A DNA stretch of 41,927 nucleotides from an uncultured Methanosarcinales archaeon. GTDB lineage: Archaea; Nanobdellota; Nanobdellia; Woesearchaeales; JAGVZT01. Positions 1-6,374 of this stretch are shown piece by piece. Location: assembly GCA_964419615.1 (NCBI GenBank), contig CAYQPU010000011.1, positions 1-41,927 of the forward strand, in the 5' to 3' direction. The notes under the pieces are model-generated. The model had not been told where the DNA came from and made no database searches. It saw only the letters and a list, made by a program, of their open reading frames with translations. Numbering within the stretch: the first letter of the stretch is position 1; each line of letters starts with the position of its first letter. The position numbers were made by a program, and so were the translations under genes.

Positions 1-2123
1 AGGGGACTTTTCCCTGAATTACGCCTTCCTGCCTTTTTACCCTTTTGTGATGCGATATCACAGCCTGATCCGTAAATTGTGTAAACATCTGTCTTTGGAA
101 TATAATGATTAAGCCTCTTCATAAAAACACTATCCTTATACATATCCTCACATTCTTTGTCATTTCCAAGAGCAGCACAAAACTGTTTAGCTCTACCTGA
201 AATACCTTGATTTGGAGTCCCTATCACAATTAATTTATCAACATCATCCTCCCCAAACAGCAGCATGTACTCACGTGCAACCAGTCCACCCATAGAATGT
301 GCAACAATAACTATTTTTTCAGCTCCAGTGTTCTCTTTAACAGTATCAACAATTTCTTTCAATCTAATTGCATAGTTTTCAATACTAAGTGATTTCTTAA
401 CAATAGCTGAAAAACCAGCATCATAATAAATAGTATAATAATAGCTTCCCTTAACAGCAACCGGATAATTCATTCCATACCAATCAACTTTCAATGTATC
501 AATGTCAATATCTCCCATATTAACAAAACCCTCATGACCCATCCTAATCTGCATCTTTGATAAAGAAATATAAGAATTCTCTACCGGGGTTTTTTCAAAA
601 GAGGAGTGACCATGCACAAAAATAACAGGATAAAGCTCAGGATTTAGCTTGCATTTAGAACAATTCCCAAATATGCAGCATTCTGGCTCACTAATATTAA
701 ACTCAACCTCGGTAAATGACTTGGTTTCATACTCACTAACATTAATGTATTCAAAAGATCCGAAATCAATATCTAAAGTTGTATTACTGCATGCCGCACT
801 TTCAAAGTCTTCAACATTTGAATAATCAAACTCTAAAATAGAGTAATAATTCTTAGCAGTCAAGTTTAATGAGTTGTTGTAAAAAGTATTATTAATGATA
901 AAACCTGGCTCAACAGTTAAATTAAAAACAACAGCCTTCAAAAATGCATCTTTATTTGTGGTAAATTGAGTACTATTGAAATATTCACTATAATTAACCA
1001 AGGACAAGTTCGCATTAGTATTAATCTGCTCATAATTCTCAATTAAATTCTTGGTTTTTTCACAACCATCTCCTTTTAGGGAGTAATCTGTACTTAACTC
1101 ATTGTTAACTCGTGACTGAATCCTTGAATGTTTAGAAATAATATCTTGTTCTTTTTGGTCATAATCAAATTTCTCCAACACATTAAAGAATGTTTGGTTA
1201 AGATTCACAAAACTCTCTGATAGATTATAAGAATCCTCAAAATCACTCTCATTAAAAACAAAAATCCTTGCCTTAACAGTATCAGCAACATCCCTAACTT
1301 CTCTATTGCTAAGCTTGTATGCCTTGTTGAGATAATCCCAATTGTCTTCAAAGCCATCAATAATGTTAACAATAAGATTAAATGATTCAATGTTTCTTGT
1401 GCCTACACTCTTCTGATTCTCCAAGTCTTTAATAGTATCATTTATCTCCCCATCCAGAACAATTTTCCCATATTGACTCTGTGTCCAAAGATCATGTATG
1501 TAGTTAAGCCTAATAACAAACTTATTCAGGTTATTACTCTTGCCAGTCAGCTCCTCAATTTCATTGGCAAGGTTTTGTGCATAATCTACTTGTTTAGCAT
1601 AACTTTTAAGTTTTGGTCTCAAATCATCTCTTAATTGGGCAATCTCTTCATCCAGAGCATAATTTACCCTTGTATAGGCAGATCTGTGAATTTCTTTCTC
1701 GCTAGTCTGGCAAACCTGAGTCTTAACATTATTACATACAACCTCAAAATAAAAAACTCTCTGCCCTTCATCACTCTCTTTCAAATTAAGCAAATAATTT
1801 TTTTCAAACTCACTATTAGACTTTAGCTCAACAGTTTTGGTCTCAACATACTCCTCTTTATATGGATCATAAAGCTTTAGTTCACATTCTGTATTGCAAA
1901 ACCAGAAATTATTATTTGTAACCGTAAAATTCAACTCAAAAGGTTTGTTATTAACAACCTTCAGATTTGTTTGCAATGGATCAATTCCAATATGTAATTC
2001 ATCTTTTGCTAGAAAATTTACTTTTATACCTAGATTAACTAATACTGCAATAATAATGACTGCAATTATACCAAGAATCCAAATTCTTTGTTTGCTAGTC
2101 TTCTTTTTGCTTTTTTTCTTCAT
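1..2123 (-). CDS. Large membrane-anchored alpha/beta-hydrolase (lipase/PGAP1-like), runs off the window start (3'-partial)
   Basis: Not in the ORF track because there is no stop in the window. Hand translation from ATG 2123: MKKKSKKKTSKQRIWILGIIAVIIIAVLV (basic N-terminus plus TM helix); later YPVIFVHG (oxyanion motif) and IVIVAHSMGGLVAR (nucleophile elbow, in frame at 293). Confidence 0.85.
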   Translation of the reverse strand, partial: MKKKSKKKTSKQRIWILGIIAVIIIAVLVNLGIKVNFLAKDELHIGIDPLQTNLKVVNNKPFELNFTVTNNNFWFCNTECELKLYDPYKEEYVETKTVELKSNSEFEKNYLLNLKESDEGQRVFYFEVVCNNVKTQVCQTSEKEIHRSAYTRVNYALDEEIAQLRDDLRPKLKSYAKQVDYAQNLANEIEELTGKSNNLNKFVIRLNYIHDLWTQSQYGKIVLDGEINDTIKDLENQKSVGTRNIESFNLIVNIIDGFEDNWDYLNKAYKLSNREVRDVADTVKARIFVFNESDFEDSYNLSESFVNLNQTFFNVLEKFDYDQKEQDIISKHSRIQSRVNNELSTDYSLKGDGCEKTKNLIENYEQINTNANLSLVNYSEYFNSTQFTTNKDAFLKAVVFNLTVEPGFIINNTFYNNSLNLTAKNYYSILEFDYSNVEDFESAACSNTTLDIDFGSFEYINVSEYETKSFTEVEFNISEPECCIFGNCSKCKLNPELYPVIFVHGHSSFEKTPVENSYISLSKMQIRMGHEGFVNMGDIDIDTLKVDWYGMNYPVAVKGSYYYTIYYDAGFSAIVKKSLSIENYAIRLKEIVDTVKENTGAEKIVIVAHSMGGLVAREYMLLFGEDDVDKLIVIGTPNQGISGRAKQFCAALGNDKECEDMYKDSVFMKRLNHYIPKTDVYTIYGSGCDIASQKGKKAGRRNSGKSP

Positions 2124-2160
2124 TAAGCAATATTTTGGAATAGTCTGCTTTTAAACATTT

Positions 2161-2997
2161 CTACACCCAGGTCTCTTCAACAATGTCTCCTTTGATTCCA
2201 ACAACAATCTTCTTAATTGGAATCTTTTTACTTGCTTTATCAAGAGCTTGTTCAGCTAATCTTAATAAACCTTGACAACAGGGGACTTGCATTATCATAA
2301 CAGTCAATGTGTTAATCTTTGCTTCATCAATTAGACTTACAATCTTTTCTATGTACGTATCCTGCCCTTGATCAAGTTTTGGACATGCAATTGCTATAGC
2401 TTTTCCTTTCATAAATTCTTTATGAAAATCAGCGTAGGCAAAAGCAACACAATCAGCTGCTAGCACAACATCTGCTTTTTGAAAATAAGGAGCCATTGTT
2501 GAAATCAAATGCATTTGAATAGGCCATTGTCTTAATTGAGACGATCTCTTTCCCGATTCATCTGAACCTTTTTGTTTATCATCAACAAAATCCATCATTT
2601 TGGATCCAGGACAACCGCAAGGAACATCTCCAGGTTCAGCAAGTTTTGGAACAGGAATATCATTCTCTTTTAGATAACTAATTGCTTCATCAAAAAACTC
2701 ATTTTGATTATGCTCTTTAAGATGCTGAAGATGAGCTTTGATTGTATTCTCGCCTTGCTTTACAATAATTTCCATAACTTTTCTTTCATCATATGGCTCA
2801 GCTTCTCTCTTCTCAACAGTAATTGCACCCTCTGGACAGTGTCCAATACAAGCACCTAATCCATCGCAAAGCAAATCACTAATCAATCTTGCCTTACCAT
2901 CAATAATCTGAAGTGCACCCTCAGGACAACCAGGCACACAATCCCCACAACCAGTACATTTATCTTCATCAATTGTAATAATATCTCTTAATACCAT
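2161..2997 (-). CDS. 4Fe-4S dicluster (ferredoxin-type) domain protein
   Basis: CTGCGDCVPGCP and CDGLGAC motifs at the N-terminus; conserved Cys-rich C-terminal part (CGCPGS, QWPIQ, AADC, IACPKLD, MQVPCC). Confidence 0.85.
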   Translation of the reverse strand: MVLRDIITIDEDKCTGCGDCVPGCPEGALQIIDGKARLISDLLCDGLGACIGHCPEGAITVEKREAEPYDERKVMEIIVKQGENTIKAHLQHLKEHNQNEFFDEAISYLKENDIPVPKLAEPGDVPCGCPGSKMMDFVDDKQKGSDESGKRSSQLRQWPIQMHLISTMAPYFQKADVVLAADCVAFAYADFHKEFMKGKAIAIACPKLDQGQDTYIEKIVSLIDEAKINTLTVMIMQVPCCQGLLRLAEQALDKASKKIPIKKIVVGIKGDIVEETWV

Positions 2998-3077
2998 GTT
3001 TTTTACCTCATTAAACTTATTTACATACTATAGAAAAGATAGTTATATAAATAATAGTTGGTTTCAAAAACTATAGT

Positions 3078-3428
3078 ATGGACAACAATTGTGCAATTTA
3101 CAAAACAGCAGAAATCATTGGAAAAAAATGGACTTTATTAATCCTGTTGGAGCTATATAAGGGAACCAAGCGATACAGTGAACTAGAAGATAAAATCCCT
3201 AACATCACTCCTAAAATGCTATCATTAAGACTATCAGAATTAATTAAAGAAAACTTGGTTATTAAGAAAGTTGATAGATCTCAAGTTCCAATCAAATGTG
3301 AATACTCTCTAACTAAAAGTGGACTTGAATTTATTGAGATAATAAAAGAAATAAAAACCTGGGCCTTGCACTACAAAGACATAAACAAAACATGCACTAA
3401 AACAAATTGTATGGAATGTACTCTCTGA
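3078..3428 (+). CDS. HxlR/DUF24-family winged-helix transcriptional regulator
   Basis: CAIYKTAEIIGKKWTLLIL...RYSEL...ITPKMLSLRLSEL...VPIKCEYSLT signature; divergent from the Fe-S gene. Confidence 0.9.
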   Translation: MDNNCAIYKTAEIIGKKWTLLILLELYKGTKRYSELEDKIPNITPKMLSLRLSELIKENLVIKKVDRSQVPIKCEYSLTKSGLEFIEIIKEIKTWALHYKDINKTCTKTNCMECTL

Positions 3429-3432
3429 TTAA

Positions 3433-4134
3433 TTAAGAGTAAGGTATGGTTTTGGTTTCAAATTCATGTAAAGTTTTGTTGTAACCATCAATTAGAGCTC
3501 CACCTGTAGCTAAAGCGACAAAAACACCTCCAGCACCTGCAATCATCCATTTACGACTTTCTGTTCTTAACCAAGCTTGGTCAAGACTTTGTTCGTATAG
3601 TCCTTGATTTCTGAGAGTACCTTCAGCTAATTCCACCAAACCACCTAACCGCTCATCAACATCAGTTTTACTCAGATCAAGATCTTCCCCTCTCTCATAA
3701 AATCCTAGCATAACCTGAGCCCAATCCTCATACCAGTCAGCTTGACGTATTTGTCGATATATACCATTCATATCGTCAATTAATATATCTCCCGGTGAAA
3801 ACAAATGGTCAAATGCAGGTAAATCTCCTTCATCCTGATCCATATACATAAAGCTCTCAGTTGCACCCATTAGTGACAAAGCAATTAAATCCATTTCTTC
3901 AATAGTGTAAATACCATCATCATCAAGCCCTTCAATAGTAGCTAAATGATCCATTCTTTTTTGAATTTCTTCAGCAACTTCACTTTGCCAATAATTTGGA
4001 TTAAACATATCATACTGACCCATAATATATGCCGATCCATAAGTAAACATAACACCAGCAGCAAGTGCTGCTCCCAATAATATCCCTTTGCCAAACATTG
4101 GTTCTGGACTCATAGCCTGATTTCTTACATCCAT
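3433..4134 (-). CDS. Hypothetical protein with N- and C-terminal hydrophobic helices
   Basis: 233-aa ORF, acidic middle, two hydrophobic segments; TATA-like TTTAAATA upstream on the minus strand. Confidence 0.6.
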   Translation of the reverse strand: MDVRNQAMSPEPMFGKGILLGAALAAGVMFTYGSAYIMGQYDMFNPNYWQSEVAEEIQKRMDHLATIEGLDDDGIYTIEEMDLIALSLMGATESFMYMDQDEGDLPAFDHLFSPGDILIDDMNGIYRQIRQADWYEDWAQVMLGFYERGEDLDLSKTDVDERLGGLVELAEGTLRNQGLYEQSLDQAWLRTESRKWMIAGAGGVFVALATGGALIDGYNKTLHEFETKTIPYS

Positions 4135-4236
4135 TTGTACATCACATTCCTTAGAAATAAAGTAGTTTATTTAAATCTTATGTGGTTGTAACTATTTATA
4201 AATTAGGACAGTGAATACAGCTTAATTTCTTAAAGT

Positions 4237-4273
4237 CACTCATCAGTAGCAATTCATTCACAATATTTATAAA
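4237..4273 (+). promoter_or_regulatory. ACT-N4-AGT box plus TATA (TTTATAAA 4266-4273) of the 4289 gene
   Basis: CACTcatcAGT at 4237-4247, 18 nt upstream of the TATA; weakest copy of the five-member motif. Confidence 0.5.
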
Positions 4274-4288
4274 CCAATAAAATATCCT

Positions 4289-4870
4289 ATGAATATGCAA
4301 ATCACATCTCCACAATTAATTGGTGAAGTAAAATCATTAGAATGTGGACATTTTCTTTATTTTTGTGCTTTTTATCCTGAAATTGATAAGGATATATCTA
4401 AAGATATATTTCAAACTGCAATGACAGAAATTGGTGATGGTACTAGACAGATTGGATTATATAAAATCCTCCAAAAACAAAATCTATCTGATAAAGAGAT
4501 CAAATCATGGTTACCAACAAGAAGTATTCTCTTAAGTCAATCACTTTATCAAGAAGAAATAGATGAACTCAGTTATTTAGCACACCAAGGATTAGTTGAA
4601 AATGGACTCAATCCAGATCTAGTAGAATTACACTACTTTGAAGACTTTGGAAACAGAGCAAATTTTGCTGTGTATTTTGACCTACACAAAGACATCAAGC
4701 AGATCCTGGAAAAAATGGAAACTGTAATGGATATTGATGTTGTTAGAGTAGAAGAAACAGGAAGGTATTTTCAACACATATTCAAATGTTATGAATCAGT
4801 TTCACCAGGAATGTATTCTGAATTATTTGTAAAAGCAGCCTATAGAATTCCATGGGATTTGTATGAATAA
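4289..4870 (+). CDS. Hypothetical protein
   Basis: 193-aa ORF; ATG about 23 nt after the TATA start (likely leaderless); no family recognised. Confidence 0.6.
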   Translation: MNMQITSPQLIGEVKSLECGHFLYFCAFYPEIDKDISKDIFQTAMTEIGDGTRQIGLYKILQKQNLSDKEIKSWLPTRSILLSQSLYQEEIDELSYLAHQGLVENGLNPDLVELHYFEDFGNRANFAVYFDLHKDIKQILEKMETVMDIDVVRVEETGRYFQHIFKCYESVSPGMYSELFVKAAYRIPWDLYE

Positions 4871-4873
4871 AAA

Positions 4874-5022
4874 TCCCCTCTCCCAGAAATCCCCAGAAAT
4901 TGTGAACAACTTCTGTTTTGAACTGGGAACCTTTCGGTCACGGCTGGCAAGTTTTCATTGTTTCTTAATAGAACCTCAACTTGCACCTACAGCCGAACGC
5001 TCTGCCGTTGAGCTAAGAGGGG
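4874..5022 (-). tRNA. tRNA-Tyr: tRNA-Tyr(GTA) with two introns (4939-4986 at position 37/38; 4888-4916 at position 59/60); CCA not encoded
   Basis: Minus strand: acceptor CCCCTCT/AGAGGGG+A73 (C1:G72, archaeal Tyr identity), D-arm GCTC-AACGGCA-GAGC, anticodon arm TTCGG-CTGTAG|A-CCGAA, variable loop AGGTT, T-arm CCCAG-TTCAAA|T-CTGGG. Removing a 48-nt and a 29-nt insert gives a perfect cloverleaf. Confidence 0.93.
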
Positions 5023-5046
5023 CTAAGTAAAAGTATTAATAAACCA

Positions 5047-5054
5047 TATATAAA
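5047..5054 (-). promoter_or_regulatory. TATA box of tRNA-Tyr
   Basis: TTTATATA on the minus strand ending 25 nt upstream of tRNA position 1. Confidence 0.7.
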
Positions 5055-5072
5055 TATTATGGATAATAAGCA

Positions 5073-5225
5073 TGGTTAGCACTACCCTGGCCAGATAAGT
5101 GAGCGAGACCATAATCATCGTAAGAAACAATAAGGTGCAGTTTGTCAAATCTTAGGATAAATTTAGATTGGTTTTGCTAGTAAGCTAACAAAATGTCGAG
5201 TGAACAGGCCCGGCAGTGCTAACCA
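5073..5225 (-). ncRNA. Unassigned structured RNA candidate (~153 nt)
   Basis: Perfect 11-bp terminal helix TGGTTAGCACT/AGTGCTAACCA extended by a GC-rich helix, plus three internal hairpins that use G-U pairs only on the minus strand. No ORF. Confidence 0.6.
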
Positions 5226-5250
5226 AAGAACAAAGTAAAAAACCCAATTA

Positions 5251-5316
5251 AAAAGAAAACCTTAAATACGACTTAATTGATCCAAACAAAATTCTCATGA
5301 ATAACAGTGGGAGGTG
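5251..5316 (+). promoter_or_regulatory. BRE/TATA promoter and SD for the 14-aa micro-ORF
   Basis: AAAAGAAAAC-CTTAAATA (5251-5268) and GGGAGGTG (5309-5316), 5 nt before ATG 5322. Confidence 0.55.
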
Positions 5317-5321
5317 CACAA

Positions 5322-5366
5322 ATGAGCTTTGAAAACAAAGAAATGGATGATCTTGAGGAATGGTGA
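5322..5366 (+). CDS. 14-aa acidic micropeptide MSFENKEMDDLEEW
   Basis: Below the ORF-track cut-off; perfect SD, upstream TATA, downstream hairpin plus T-tract. Confidence 0.5.
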   Translation: MSFENKEMDDLEEW

Positions 5367-5377
5367 TTAAACCTTTT

Positions 5378-5398
5378 AATAAGTAACTTATTTTTTTT
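5378..5398 (+). terminator. Hairpin plus T-tract after the micro-ORF
   Basis: AATAAG-TAA-CTTATT followed by TTTTTT, between convergent genes. Confidence 0.4.
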
Positions 5399-5425
5399 AT
5401 TCTGTTTGTTCAAGTATTCTATCAA

Positions 5426-5695
5426 TTATAAACCAAAATCATCAATAAACTTATTTATCATCTCATACTTATCCAAAAACTGAAAACCTTTATCAGTAAG
5501 ACTAATACATTTCCCTTTTTTATCTTTAACTTCTCTAATAAATTCCTTTTCCTTTAACTCTTCAAAATACTTAGCAAAACCTTGAGAAGAAAGATTAGAA
5601 TATCTAAGTAAAGGTGTTGGTTTAATTGAATTCTTCTTATCTCTGATAATTCTTAAAATATCATAAATCACTTCTAGTCTTTGTCTTTTCCCCAT
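5426..5695 (-). CDS. Archaeal winged-helix protein (COG3432-like predicted regulator)
   Basis: RQRLEVIYDILRII...KPTPLLRYSNLS...YFEELKEKEFI...ISLTDKGFQFL pattern. Confidence 0.75.
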   Translation of the reverse strand: MGKRQRLEVIYDILRIIRDKKNSIKPTPLLRYSNLSSQGFAKYFEELKEKEFIREVKDKKGKCISLTDKGFQFLDKYEMINKFIDDFGL

Positions 5696-6327
5696 TTTAT
5701 AACTCTTAAGATCCTCATCACAATCAATCCAAACATACCAAGTGACAGTAAATTCAAAATAACTCTCACAAATAAGGTGAATCTCATATCTGACATACTC
5801 ACTACATTAAGTAGCCAAAAAACAAACAACAATACATAAACAATATACATTGAATTAAAAGGTTGTTTTCTTAAAACAGCTGCAAGTAAAATCAAAACAA
5901 AAAAGCCAAGTTGAGCTAAAATAAGCACAGTTGGATTATTAAAAAACAACACTAATAGTGCTAATAAAACTGCAAGTATATGTGGGCTAACAATCCCATC
6001 TAATTTTTTCCAAAGCACACTATAAAACAAAGACATAATAGCAACAGTGCTAAAGTAAGTTGTTAATAATAAACTAAAATGCATTAAATATCTGGGTGGA
6101 AATAATCTTAATCCAAAATTTAAGATTGAAATAGGTATGAACAAAAACCTACATAAATACGCAACTCCAAAAAACAAAAATGCATGCCTAAAATACTTAA
6201 TACCCTTGTGGCTTGATAAATCTTGTAGATCCTTTGTCTTTATGTAAATAAAAATACAAAGCACAATAACTGCTACAGAATACAAAGCTTCAAATCCAAT
6301 TAAGTGTAATGGCATAGGTGGCCGCAT
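5674..6327 (-). CDS. Multi-pass membrane protein
   Basis: About 7 hydrophobic segments; overlaps the wHTH start by 22 nt (operon, possible sensor/regulator pair). Confidence 0.7.
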   Translation of the reverse strand: MRPPMPLHLIGFEALYSVAVIVLCIFIYIKTKDLQDLSSHKGIKYFRHAFLFFGVAYLCRFLFIPISILNFGLRLFPPRYLMHFSLLLTTYFSTVAIMSLFYSVLWKKLDGIVSPHILAVLLALLVLFFNNPTVLILAQLGFFVLILLAAVLRKQPFNSMYIVYVLLFVFWLLNVVSMSDMRFTLFVRVILNLLSLGMFGLIVMRILRVIKWGKDKD

Positions 6328-6374
6328 AAAATATTTGCAGCTCCTTTTATTTATAAATTCTATGGATCTTTAGT

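Noticed and set aside
4881-4900. Direct repeat CCCAGAAAT at the tRNA 3' end as an att site of an integrated element
   Set aside because: The copies are adjacent, are explained by the T-loop intron stem, and there is no integrase nearby.
5200-5225. CAGGCCCGGCAG resembling SRP RNA helix 8 (CAGGCCCGGAAGGGAGCAG)
   Set aside because: The 3' half GGGAGCAG is absent, these bases are used in the terminal helix, and the G-U evidence favours the opposite strand.
5073-5225. Reading the element as RNase P RNA, 5S rRNA or a MITE
   Set aside because: No GAGGAAAGUCC/P4 partner and no 5S loop C/E motifs. No target-site duplication flanks the 11-bp inverted repeat and no second copy or transposase is in the window; a MITE origin is not fully excluded.
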